From Tubulanus polymorphus (Eukaryota; Animalia; Nemertea): a stretch of DNA of 64,000 nucleotides. The translations under genes were made by a program, and so were the position numbers. This document shows, one piece after another, positions 35,701 to 55,782 of the stretch. Within the stretch, counting starts at the first letter, position 1, and the number at the start of each line of letters is the position of its first letter. The notes beneath the pieces are model-generated. The model saw only the letters and a program-made list of their open reading frames with translations. It searched no databases and had not been told where the DNA came from. The DNA lies in contig NC_134027.1 in the NCBI RefSeq assembly GCF_964204645.1, forward strand, positions 3,442,485 through 3,506,484, read 5' to 3'.

Positions 35701-38700
35701 GGCATAATTGCAGTTGCAATTACAGTAAATGTAAACAACACTCCTCCCATAACCACAAATGGTGTCACGAAACCGCCAACCTGGTACAGAGCACCTCCTA
35801 AAACTGGACCCAACATGGCTCCAATGCTGCTTACGCCAGCCGTCAAACCCTGAGAAAATGAAAAAACATTTTATGAGAATCAACTCAAAAGATTCGTTCG
35901 TGGAAATGTATATTTCAATTCATCTGGATTTAGTTCGACGGTTGAGAGTTAGCGTTAACATCGGGTTCATTTTCGATGAGTTAACTCCGAAACTCAGAAC
36001 TATGGAATTTGATACCGATAAGATACTTATGACGTACATAAATGGTACTCGTTTTATCTGGATACAGCGTAATACACAGTGCAGTACCAGTAGCCATGAA
36101 CATTCCACCTCCAAAAGCCATAGTGAAACGAAGTATGAAGCTAAATGCAGTAAATACGGCACCAGGGGGTGCGTATTTCAAAAACCTGTCGATAAAACAA
36201 CAAAAAATATTAATACAAGTAACTTGGCGAACCAAACAAAGTGTAACGCATTCTTCGATTACCTCAGCAAACTTACCCAAATGCTATCACAGATATAGAG
36301 TTGAGAAAAGCTCCCGAAGCGAACATACATTTAACACCTATTCGAACCATCTGAAATATAATAAATGATTTAAAAGTTTTATTCATAGAAGTTTAATAAT
36401 TTCCTAGTATATTCAGTTTAATTTGTTACGTGATGTAGTCACTTTTTTTCTTGTTTTCTTGGACATTTCCGAATAATTAGATCTTTCTAGTTGTAGAGGA
36501 ATTTGTTTCATCCTTTTTTCTTGATTTATTTCAGAAAGATTGGGGAATTCTTTGCAGTTTGGGTGGAGATATAGGTTTGAGCAAATGTCGCAATTAAATT
36601 CACAGATTTCCACTATTCTTCTGAGAATAGACGCACTTCGAAGAATATCGACACACAGAATTCAGACTGAACAGAAATGGTCATGAATTAATCTGTTCAT
36701 TCATTATATATGACCTACTATAGCTATTGCAGAAACTAAAGAATTATGTATATACAACATACATGACCCGCAGTATAATAGAAATCTGTTTGATCATGTC
36801 AGTACATTGAAAAACAATGAATTCAACTAGAACACCTTCATGTGAACATACTTCTGGTATAGGAGATCTAATATTTATAGTTACTTATGTGTATAATGCG
36901 ATCAGCTGCCAATTTTTACAATATATATATAGAAACCACATGATGTTCAAATATCAATTCTATATCGATTTTGTGCAACATATTTATATATATATGAAAC
37001 ACCTGCCACTGTATCATCGAAATACTGTTTTCAAAACGAAAATCAGAGATATGTCATGATAATCTCAGATTCTATTTATTTCGTGATAAGTTAACGTTCA
37101 GTTATTTTATTTCACTATTTAAAAGGTTTTCATTTCGTTTCAATTTGATTTCAATATACCAGGAAGCAGTAGAACACCGTAGAAAGTGTTTTCTAAGAAT
37201 AGCGATAATACATAGTAGGCTTACAAAGGAATGTAATACGCTGTGTGAAGGGAATTGCTGATAAATTGTTGAGTAATGTCCAATACCAATATGTAGCCTG
37301 CATAATTAATTCATTACTCGATATGTAATAATATTTTGTTTCCAAGAGATAATTGATTATCATAAGAAACTCAATAGACAATACGGACATCTAAGACAAA
37401 ATACACTTAATAATCAAAAAGAAATGGGTTCTACGCGATATTTATCTAAGTCGGCCACAAAATACCCGTAGTTTAACCCTGTCTTTATCAGGAACTATTG
37501 ATTGAAGGAAAGTAAACAACATTTCAACAATGGCACAAAATGTTCCCGGTGTTAATGTCCAAAGTTCTCAATATGGTCCGATGTATATATCGACCCTAAA
37601 TTTATCTGTTTATGTTGACACAAAACTAATGAATATTCAAAATAAAGTCGACTTTATCGAAGTATCTACTAAATATTAAAATCAGAATATATAAACGCAT
37701 TACATTAATCTATAGCCTACAAGGAATTGTATTGAGAGGGATAACCAGGTCAATTAGAGTTTATTCAGTGGTTGAACGGGAAATGAGAGGTCGGGCAATA
37801 ATTGATGCGCAGTTATCGTTATTTTTCGGGTATTCACATATCCTGGTCGCAAATGAGGCAGTATCACAAGGCTGGTATGCTATGATGGTATAAAAAAAAT
37901 AATGGAAACTGAACATATGTATACACTTAAGAGATACAAGCGATTTCATTAAAACAAAAACAATTTCTATCTTTCCTAGGGGCCACCGATGACATCTACG
38001 TTCATATTGCGTAGTGTCTGTTTATTTTACGATTGTATTGATCTGCGAAGGTGAAGTGAACACCCGAAGGTATACTTACATATATGCCGGAAAGAGTGAC
38101 GGCTATGAATTCGCCTATGGGAAAGGCGGATATAACCCATCCTATTGTTCCAGAATTCAAACCCTTTTCCACCGCCTGAAATTAAAAGAAAATGGTCAAT
38201 GAATTCTGGACTCCTGGAAAAAGATACATCGTAAAACACTCAAAATAATCATATGTATTTTTTAAAGTTTATTTCTTTTTATTCAGCTCAATGTCAATTC
38301 GAATTCAGTTGCTAATAAGCGGAAGTGAGAAACATGGGCATCAGGGTTCTGTTGTAAATTATCAGATAATTCATCAGCCCGGATGTGTTAAACTCGGGTG
38401 AGTCAAACACATGACTAATCCTGATATCTCTAATTATACATACACACTGCAATATATAGTTACTAATTTGACTATTTTGTGATTAGGACTAAAGCCCCCC
38501 CCCCCCCCCGGACACGTTCTTTCCCAGGAGACATGAAATATAGCGTGTTACAATGGATAGATTCTCGTGTGACTGGTGGTGTGCTCACATAGCTCCGGTG
38601 CTGTCACAAATCGCCATGGTTACATTGTGAAGGGCTGATATGTATGTTTTAAAACTAATTGAATGTTTTTCACTTTAGAATCTTAAGCATTTATAACACT

Positions 38701-39336
38701 AGCATTCAACAGGCCTCTGCAACGCAGTCAAGGCTGGAATGAACAAGCCTATTTTAAATTCCACATTTATGACTGGAAAATGACGCATCGTTGGAGAATC
38801 TAAACATTCTTTTAACAGATAACGAAAACTTGCTAACCTCGTCAGCTGGAGGTTAGCAATCGTTAAGCACTCTAGGAATTTGACAATAGTGACCGAGAGG
38901 GTTCTTTAGGTTCATATTCAAACTATTCAACTACCCGTATTCAAAAAAGAAGTGTTCTAGTTATCAGAACAATCATTCATGGAAAATAACCATATCGCCA
39001 ATGGGGTCACGTGATAATGGTGTATATAAGGTTATATCTTACCTCTTGCGGGTAGAAGGGAGCCAACATGAAGAAACAGAGGCAACCAAAGAACAATAGC
39101 AAGGAAAATAGAGCGATTATGCACATGTCCTTTTTCTTGTAACCGCAACATAATTTGTCCATGTGGTCCCCCTCCACTTCATCATTTGGGAGGAGATTCT
39201 CTTGAGAAGATGCCGAAGAGTCCGAAGATGTCGGAGAATTTAATTCACCATTTCCTAATGATGGGTTGATCCCGTTCTGAATGTTCAATTGCGGGCTTTC
39301 TTCGTCGATAAGCGTGATTTTTTCTGTCGTCGCCAT
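32784..39336 (-). CDS. SLC18B1: MFS-type transporter SLC18B1-like (vesicular polyamine transporter family), multi-exon
   Basis: Exon 1 (about 39043-39336) ends FMLAPFYPQE|gt. Exon 38080-38175 encodes AVEKGLNSGTIGWVISAFP. Exon at about 36277-36350 encodes MVRIGVKCMFASG. Further exons encode LRFTMAFGGG..LYPD, AMLGPVLGGALYQVGGF..PF, GFAEPTLALFL and FIGPLFGG. The last exon (about 32784-33080) ends ..HISATIP stop. Confidence 0.85.
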
Positions 39337-42300
39337 TTTAATATTATATAGTTTTGCAGATATAAATCCTTCGTATAAATCCGTTTAGTTTATTCGAATT
39401 GTTTCAGGTCGAATTGGAAGAGTTTTAGTTTCGATTACTAATCACAAGATGCCGGCTGATGATGATGCTGAAATATCGTACGATAAACGACCTTGAGTTG
39501 TCGGCGTCCGTTTATTCCACTCTAGCTTCATAATTTCCTGCAATACGGATATAAAAGACGCATTTAGCTACACGCTAAGTACACTATTATACTGAGCTGT
39601 AAACTTACAGCGAAATAAACATCAATGGAGACTTTATAACTGGTTCTGAGCGAATATATATATGTATTAAAATCCAGACGCTTTTCGTTCCACACCCTGA
39701 ATGTGCGAACTGCGTTACACTAGCGCCACATAGAATATACCAACTAAAACTGCACTCAGTACTGAAAATCATCAGCAGTACTGCTGTTGCTACACAACAT
39801 ATGACGATAAAACCACACGCGTTCAGTACAACCAGTACGTGGGACGGGTATAATAGACACTAGCCTATGCGGTGCAGGACCCAGTAGCTTCGATCTAATT
39901 GCTATGAATTAATAATCTAACTAATTGAATGGTGAATTTGAACGAGTGCTGCGAGGTCGGGCATTTCCGAATCGGACCCGAAACTAATGGGTTAATCTTC
40001 TGTCTAGACGCAGCGTTGATCTCACAGTAAATAAGACTCAATTCAATTCATGTAGCTCCTCAGAATCCTCGACCAAGTCAAATATATTCGTCGGTATAAT
40101 GGGGTATAACAACGCTTAAGATGCCTATCCCTTTCTTACTACAAAAACATACCTCTTCCATCATATTTTGAGAGAAATCCTCTAGCCTACAAACGACAGG
40201 CTACATACACTACACCACCTCCATAAGACATGTCTGAGTGAGACGAGACTTAGATGAGTGCCACGAGCTTTTGTACGCTCTTTTGTCCCGTTTCCCCATG
40301 AACTGCTATTGTTGTTATGCTGGGGCGGACTTTTAGGCTATTTGCGACATGTGGCTTTATTTATTAGTCAAAATGAATTTGTCCTAATTACATGGCATCG
40401 GAAAGTCGATGTAAATTCAATGCCGGCTTAAAGTCTTAAAGTAAATTCATATTAAATTCTGATTTCCTGTCGATTATACTCCACTCACTGAAAGTTGGAA
40501 ATTGCTCGGATTGACAAGATCGTAGTAACGTTAGAGCCTAAACGCATAGTGACAACATTTTTTAAACTCCAAAATCACTAGAGTTTAGAGTTAACCACAC
40601 AGCACCACGATCGACACCCCCACCTGGCGTACGAGGGGAATACGCCTAGTTTTTGAAATTAACATTCCCCAAGGATATAGGCCTATGATAGAAATCACCA
40701 GTAAAGAATCTATGCGCTTTCGCCTACTTACATAACATCCGCAAGAAAGTTAGTCTTGATCCGTAATCTGTAAATGAATGCCGCTGTGATATAGGAGCAC
40801 ACTGGACTGACGGTTTGGTCACACCGAAGTTTACTGACGTATGGCTTGTGCATGTACAGACCTACGACGTCAAAGATTACTGATCCATTACGTCGATAAA
40901 AGTATAAGCTTAGTTTGGCAATATTCCATGTCGTAACCTGCGCGCGAAGATTTCAATCTAGATTAATTAATAGCTATTGAACAATAGATTTCTCGAAATT
41001 GCCTTCTACGTACTGGGGGAGTTTCGTGGACTGTGACAGCACTTGTCATTGATCAGACACAACGCGTCATCGGAGCGAGACTGATTAACAGGTTTTTTTA
41101 CAGTTTTTTGGGAAGAGTGATATCATTGAAAGATAAGTCAAACATATGATGACATTTATTGAACTCTTTTGAGAAGTTATTATAGAAGTTCAGCAAAATA
41201 AAAAATTATTTCGATTAGCATGAGAAGAAGATCAATGTGTTGACATAAATTAATGTTTATTTTTCTAAATAAATTTAAACAACTTGTGATATTATGCAAG
41301 ACAACAGCTGTAATAATTTCTTCAATACTTCGTTATATCGAGATATTCATATTTTAAACTTTATGAAAAAAATCATAAGAAATAACAAAATCTACGCAAA
41401 TCTATCCACTATGCAAAGATGAATAAATTTTAAATTATCTAATTTCCCAATATTCAATAAACAAATGGAAAATAGAATAGACAAAATTGCCTGGGACCTG
41501 CTGCACTGTCATGGCCTAGATTTAAGACCAGTCTAAGAAAAATCTTGTGAACATTTAAGACCATTTCTTAAGAATTGTTATGCAACTGAGCCCTGAAGGT
41601 CAGTTTGATTAAAGAACCGGGTTTTTAGTAAAAGAAAGACATTTAGTTATAACAAGCTATTTTCCACCGGATTTAGATCATACATGTAGTGTTATCATAA
41701 TTCTGTGCAACAATATTAACAATTCAAAATTTATGAATAACAAGGAGTATTTGCATTGTTTAGTAATTTTGACCAAGATCTATGGCTACACTGTCAAAAA
41801 CCTATTTGTCTAACAGGTTTTTTTAAGTACAAAAAATTTATTGGTCCACTGAAAATATTAATAGATAAAAATTTTTTATAAAGAAGACACCGTTGTCCAT
41901 TGAATAAATTCGCTTGATTTAACCATGGACTATAACTATACCATTTTTCTATAAGATCTATAGAGTAGAAGTTGTTCTGGAACATGTTAGAAATTGTCAT
42001 ACGGTACTCAACTGACTTGAGTCATTAGTCAAACAATCATTGTATATGTAATTAAAGCTACTGGAACTAATACCTGGTACACATTGTATATCATAACTTA
42101 GATGTTACCGGCTTAAGCCTGACTTGTACCGGTACTGGTATGCTTACGTATTTCTCTTAACAGACTGTTCATTATGCAAAATACATTCAATTAAATGAAA
42201 GAAGTCTAATGAAATTCTTATTCTAAAACCATAATTTAAAAGATACAATTGTTTCACTATAAATACAGCTTATGCATGGACATGAATATTATAGACATTT

Positions 42301-42402
42301 AATGAAAATGGCAATATTTGGCACTAAAAGTGATAAATTTTGTCCGTCGTAGCACCTCGATTTTTTCAAAATGCTTTTTATTCGATTGATTTAGCAGTGA
42401 GT

Positions 42403-45400
42403 CTATTCTGTAAGAACTTCATTAATCAGCTGTGAATCCTCGCCTAGTATCGAACACAACTCTTTCAAACGGTCTTGCATTTTAGGCATCCCGGACAGGG
42501 CAGTTTCCAGGTGAACTTTCTCCTCTTCAAGAGATACACGCGCAGCGCAATCAAACTGAACAAATTTCCAGCCACCTTCTCCATCAAACTGTAATAAGTG
42601 GCTGTGAAATTTCCTGAAACGTACGAAACAGAATTTAGCGCTATGAATTCAACGTTCTCAATAATGGGTACAAAATACCACCCGTACTCACCATAACGAT
42701 GGACGATGTGTTATTGTAAGGAGAATAATTCCATTATCTTTTGCCGTTTGGTAAATTTTACTTTCAACGTCAATAGATACAGCACTTGTACATTCATCTA
42801 ACAAAGCGAATCTAGGCCTGAAATGTGATACATACCGGTATCTATAGTCTACAATCTTTAGGTAGCGTGTACATCTATCATATCTCTACTTACTTGTGGT
42901 AGAAAAGTCGAGCCATTCCCATTCGCTGTTTTTCACCACCAGACAAAACATCTTTCCAATCACTCACCGCATCCCAACCTATCGATATGTATGCGTACAA
43001 TTTCATAAATCTTGATAAAACATAAAACAAAAGAAAAACTTTCGGTTGAAGCGTTGACAATAGTGATTGATGCTTACCCCCTTCTCTATGAACGATATAT
43101 TGTAAATTGACTATATTAAGAATGTTTTCCAAGTCGGAATCATTGTAACCTTTGCTGCGCATATCTTCTAATGTATCTGGATACATCACTTGGTCACGTA
43201 GACTTCCGATAGACATGTACGGTCTGAAAACAAAAACCAAAACTTGCATTTGTACTCGTAAATACCCTTCTCGAAGATCAGATTTTAAAGGGCAGGTTAC
43301 CTCTGAGGTATATAGAACATTCGAGATGGTGGTGGTTTATATAGATGTCCATGGTACACTGGCCACAATCCACTCAATATTCGAAATAGTGAACTTTTAC
43401 CACAACCATTCGGACCAGTAATCAATAAATGCATCCCTGATCTAACCTAGAATTAAGTGAGCTAATGTACAACACCTAGTCAACAGCGTATTCAGGAAAA
43501 TATATGTTTTGTACAAAAAATGCTAGTTATTCAAGTCTGGATAGAGCTATATACCTAATAAAACAATGTTGAAATTAATTTACCTCAAAGCTGAGACTAT
43601 TGACCACTATATCTCCATTTGGAGTAATGATGGGTACATCTTCTAATACAATGTCTGTCTCTGTGTCTGTCACTTTTCCTGTGAAGAAAGAATTATCAAA
43701 CGTGCGCCATCTATCATGAATTGTCAAAATACATATTCAGTGGTACTCACCCCTCATAACTAGAGAGCTTTCAATCTTATCCTGAGATGTATTGTTTTTA
43801 CCGTTGGTTACAGTAGAGCGAACGTACTTCCCTTCTTTTACATCTTCAAATACGTTGAATAGATCAGCGACACGACTTGTATACCCGGCTAATTCAGTCA
43901 CCTGAACAATCATTTAAAAAATCACCACTCATAAATTTATAATCCAAGGCCATTATTCGTTTAGATAAATATCAATATTTACTGACATCTTTGTAAGAAG
44001 AAATGATGCGTTCAACCGCATCAGCTGAATTTATTAGTAAATTTCGAGCAGTTGTGAATGCCTTTGTTCGTTCGCTCACTCCGCCATCAGGATCATCATC
44101 TACGTATGAACCTACAATAAAATTCACACAGTTTATAGGCCTAATCCCGATTCAAGATCCTGGAAAAAACTGTGGGCCTACGCCTAAGAACTCCCAATTT
44201 TCAGTTTTCAACTATAAACCATTTTCATCAAAATTAAGTTAAAAACCGAAAATTCAGAGTTCATTATAAATTCCAAAATAATTTTGATGGATGGGTTTGA
44301 CACTTGTGTTCTTATTTGTAATGCATTGCAAATATCTGCCTCTTCTAGTAACAAAGTTACACACCATCAGCTTTAACAGCTTTAGCAGTAATTACAGGTA
44401 CTGCAATTATCATCATTCCAGCTGTACTCCAGATATACTTCATCAGAAACTGCTCCAACATTATGTACCAAAGTTTCTTCGTAAATATCAAATTCATTTG
44501 TTCTGCCAGTAATTTGAAACCTTTAAACAACAAATTCATTTCAACCTGGAACAAAATTAAATCGTGAACAGTAAGAATAATCATTAATGTTCTTTCACTA
44601 AATGATCGCAAGCGATGAGGTTTGTTAGGTTTTACCTCATGTCCAGCATAAAAGGCAATCTCTTCAGCATTAGCGATAATCCTCGAATGTAAATAACGCA
44701 GATATCCTTTTCTATTTGCTTCTTCAGCGACCAGTTTACCAAATGTTGGAGAAACGAATTTCAGTATTTGTCCAGTACATAAGACGACAGAAGTAGCTAT
44801 AACTGCTGGTATTTTAGAACTAGCCCCACGACTACGCGCTAATTGAAACAAGGCAAAGTTAATAAGAGCTACATCTAATATGGGTTTTGTTAGATGGGAA
44901 TACAAATGAGACAGAGTTGAGGTAAACATAGTAATATCCTCTGTAAGACATTGGTCAACATTGGCTAAACGTCCATCTAAATGGCTAACTCTATAATACG
45001 TCTGCTCTTTAAAATAAGCTCTATACGCATGTTTTACTAGTTTTGAACGTAAAGCAAGCGCTAGTTTGTTTTCAAAGAAGCGTATAAGACTGTTGATAAA
45101 TGTTGCAGGAACAGCAATAAGTAACCATTTCATAACTTCAATAGCAAACTTCATCACATTTTTCTGGACAATAGCTTTCACAATTCTACCGTCCAATTTG
45201 GCAACGTAAATGGACAGAAAGGTGCGGGTAATTAATGAGGTGGTGTGGAGAACCAGGATCCCAAATTCCTTTGACAGCGGTCCAGGTATCATTATCTTAA
45301 TCAATTTCTTCAGCTGCTTTAAGAATAATTTATTGACAGCTGGTGAATTCTTCTTTTGTAGATTATTGGAAATAATTTGACAGTCATTTTTGTTTTCCGT

Positions 45401-45607
45401 TCGTTTGACGTTGTTTTGAATCGACAGCGAAGATGAAGATGTGATCTGATGATTGTCGATGTCATCGCGTGACTTCCGGGTTCCAGACAGCAGGATCGGA
45501 TATAGCTTTTTAACGCTATATACCGCAAATATCGCTACCGCAGCACCCCCAGCCAGCTTCCCACAAGCGGCTTTATTTTTCTGACTCATTTGAAGCAGTC
45601 TAGACAT
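42403..45607 (-). CDS. ABCD2: Peroxisomal ABC half-transporter, ABCD1/ABCD2-like
   Basis: ATG at 45607 ([10 protein letters not shown]). TMD motifs [17 protein letters not shown] and [16 protein letters not shown]; EAA motif EEIAFY; Walker [10 protein letters not shown]; signature LSGGEKQR; Walker [11 protein letters not shown]. The last exon ends ..[19 protein letters not shown] with TAG at 42403-42405. Confidence 0.95.
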
Positions 45608-45775
45608 CTTTGGAAGGGCAGAAGGACACAATTTCAAACATAATTTGACAGATTTCGTCGTTGTTGATGACAGGACGCCGCCATCTTTACCGACCGGCTT
45701 ATAGCGCCAACTAGTGACGATATAGTGAACTACTGATTCTTCCTGTTGCAGATTTTAATTGTTTTTCGTTGAGAT
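45608..45775. promoter_or_regulatory. Bidirectional promoter between ABCD and REDIC1, with YY1-like (GCCGCCATCTT, about 45677-45687) and CTCF-like (TAGCGCCAACTAGTG, 45702-45716) motifs
   Basis: Two divergent ATGs at 45607 (-) and 45776 (+). Motifs were read directly from the sequence. Confidence 0.65.
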
Positions 45776-52194
<6,419 letters not shown>

Positions 52195-54197
52195 ATAATT
52201 ACCGAATGTTATGTTAGACGCAGTTCCGAATTCCATTGTTTATTGTTAGTTACTTTATCGGTGGTTTTTTTTAAGGATCTGCTGAAGAGTTATCCATGAA
52301 ACAATTGTATGGTTGTTTTTACTCAATTATATCCTGTACCACATAGATAATTCATATTTTAGATATTTCTAAGCGAAGCAGTAGATAATTTGATTTATTT
52401 AGTATCTCTTGTCAACTGTAGGTCTGAGGTCCGCTCTGCGTTTTTCCAATGACAGACAACATGCATTCATCAATTAGTATTCCACCATTCATTCATTATC
52501 CAGGAAACAGTTAATTTACGAGTTTCGTTTGTGCTCTGAATACTGATACTAAGCTTATTCTCCGTCAATATTATCTAAAATGCGCTTTCACAGTGATATT
52601 CGTTTTTCTCTGTTCTGAATTATATGTTTTGTATTGATCGTTAGAAAGATTCTCTTGTAATTTTCCTTTCTGTCTCAGTAGTGGGAGTCATGTTGGTTTT
52701 TTGCTTCAGCGAGGTTCCTTCACAGATTACGGTGATATGGGTGAACGTTTTTCGTGCCACGGAGTAATGCACAGTTCACCGAGATGGTTGTTTCAGTGAA
52801 GAATTTATAGGATGAAAAGTTTTGCCAAAACGAAAATATTTGAAGAGGGTTTTCTCTTTAATTCAGAGGATATCACGAGTCGATTTGTCCAGTAAAGTTC
52901 GATGAGGTTCAATCAAGGTTTCATTACTCGCAATCATTCGGAAAGATGATCAACATCCTTACAAAATACAAAATGAAAAAGACTACCAGCTTTATTCACG
53001 AACGACGAAATAGGAAATAACAAAAATGAGAACCACTGCGTATGGATTGTTTCATTGCACACATTTATTTGTCAACTTAAGAGACAGAGTTTTGATTGTA
53101 TATGAGCTGACAAGAACATTATACATGTATTATTTATCATATATTAGACTTTATAAGGATAATCACCAGTCAAAATAAAATTCGACAGGGAAAATAGGAA
53201 CAACTCGCAACATTCTAAAAAGAGCAACAATACGATATTAACATAAATACTGCTAGATCAAATGTACGTATAACAATCTGAATTTTCTTCGAAAACTCTT
53301 CATTTGGAATGAACAATGGTTGAGTGGATACGATGATTTACTTTAACAGATTTTTACATAATTTACTATTTTCTCGAGATCCAACTATTATAATACACAA
53401 ACTACCAGAACCGAGTAGAATCAGAGAAAGAGAGAGAAAGAAAGAGATAGAGTTCTTCCTCTTTATACCCAGTGAACATAATAATATCAGCAGCAGAAAC
53501 AGAGATAATTTTACACAGAATGTAAATTATTTGGGAATCGAATCTCGCAGCATCTACAAAGATCAAAATACACAATAGTCTAAAGGAATAAAACGAGTTC
53601 CCTTACAATCATCTACATATCATACACGAATTCTTTAGAAACATGATATATTCAATTAAACCTGCACCAGAGTTGTTACACCCAAACCTCGTGGCAAATA
53701 ATGCATATTGATCCTAACGGCACATTTTCATAGGAGCAACGCAATTGTTTCCCAGGCATGAATAAACAAATCGAAGAAAAATTCTTCGTACAAAGTCGGT
53801 GGGTCTGAATACGTATCTGGTGTTCGGAAATCTCTCGGGGAATATATGTGTTGGGCACAAGACAACATTCTATGTCTTAATGGAATTATAGATATCGGGC
53901 ATTGAGTAATCTATTTATAAACCTAATCGGCAGCGAACGCACTCATGGTCATCACATGCCTTCTATTGTGGATTTCTCTATAGCCTAAGCGTGTTTCGAG
54001 AATCTTAACAAATCATGTCTTATTTTTGGCCTATAAAGACTGATAATTTCATGAACACGTAAATCTAGTCTATTTTCTATTCTAATCAATATGAAAATAT
54101 TGTATATATTTTGGAAGAATATTTGAGATAAAAGGCAGCACAAAGAAAGATATTATCATGTTCATATCATATATATATATAAATTTCTTTCCTAGCC

Positions 54198-54743
54198 TAT
54201 TGACCTTATTCACCGACATTACGCGTACTGTTCACGCGTGTCATGATTGCCGTCAAAAAACAGGGACTTCAAGTCAAAAGTAACAAGACAACTAACTTGA
54301 AAGGTTATTGACGTTTTGGTTGCTTAATATTGTCGACAATAATAATATGATATAAATTATATAACATTCAGCATCAATAAATTTATTTTGGATTTAAACA
54401 TATCGATGATTGAATTGACCGGCAACCAGTCTAGTCCCGATATATCAATAACGGAGTGCACAGTATCGTCTCATAAATTATTATTAAGATTTATCAAAAA
54501 TAAGATAAGAGTTACCGGTGTGAAATATATCTAATTACAAAATAAACGCCAAAACTCCCAATTGTAGCATGTTTTAAAACGCCAATATTGATGACGTAGT
54601 ACACATTGACTCACACGCATGTATAAAAGAATAATTGTTGTAACCGTTTTTACGGCGTCAAAAAAGACTTTTTTACTTCAGTTAGCAGCTTGCGCTTGAC
54701 GGACATCATGACGCATTGTGACGTCACGCGAATAAGGTCTATA
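54198..54743. mobile_element. MITE of about 545 bp with long imperfect TIRs (TATAGACCTTATTC type)
   Basis: Left end tattgaccttattcac..gtcatgattgccgtcaa is the inverted match of right end ttgacggacatcatgac..gcgaataaggtctata. Confidence 0.75.
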
Positions 54744-55782
54744 AGAGTCTACCACATTATTACCACTTTAAATACATTTTATAAAAAAATATTCCCACCA
54801 AGTTTTCATAAGACTTGGAATATACACTTATTATTAAGTTAGTACAGTTGATATGTATATACGGTTTATATGCCTATCACTAAACTACAAGGCCAGCTAA
54901 AATGAGTGGATTATTATAGATGATTGTTTATTCACACGTTAACTCTACCCCTAAAAAGCTATATATAATCTAAATCACTGTTGATTGCCAGTAATTCCGT
55001 CTCCGATTGAGTCGAACATTCAAAGTAGAGGTACGGTAAACTTCAAACTGGGTTTACCTCCATGACACATCAAGGTGTTTCTCAAAAATAGTGACAATTC
55101 TTTTCGTAAGCAGACCAATCATTAGTTACCAGCAGGATCATGACTAGATGATATATTCTATGGTTAATGAGATATGATAGCGTCCTCTCTCTATAGTTAT
55201 CTGCTCATTCAGTCAAATGTTTTGCTTTCACACTGAAAACATCTTATTCAACCATGAAAGGTCTAAATAAATCTATACATATCACCATTCGTGTTTGCCA
55301 TAATCGCAAAAATAAATTTTATTTCTTTTTTCAGATCATGTTTTCCTTAATATCACAAATTTCACAATGATAATGATAATCATTGGAGTTTTGAATTTGA
55401 AATAAAATAATTTTCATTCCTCATCACATATAATTGTGGCACACAAGTTCTCAAGGCAAATCTTGTAACTATCACAGATCTATCCGTTAGCCAGGCGATG
55501 GAATATTACCGGCATTTTTTCTTAAACCCATATATAAGAGATGGTTCTGAACAAATCACACCACCCGATTATACTGAAGGTCATTGATTGATTTTGTTTA
55601 AACAAAAGTCTCTTCCTCATCAATACACGTTAGGCCTACTTCGCCCATGGACACCGAGTCTATTATGTCAATGATAGTTGAAAGAAGGTTGACGAATGAT
55701 GTAGTTGTTTCACATATTTCCGGAATTGTCTGTAATTGTGCTAAATTTGTTTGAATATTCATACGCTTATATATGAATATAT

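Noticed and set aside
35759-36368. Plus-strand ORFs of 179 and 108 aa
   Set aside because: They are antisense to SLC18B1 exons and have no independent coding signal.
37224-37297. AG..GTAAG-bounded candidate extra SLC18B1 exon
   Set aside because: The gene already aligns continuously using exon 38080-38175, and this segment has no MFS similarity.
40617-40650. Hairpin followed by CTAG resembling a Helitron 3' end
   Set aside because: The stem is short and weak, with no identifiable 5' end or second copy in the window.
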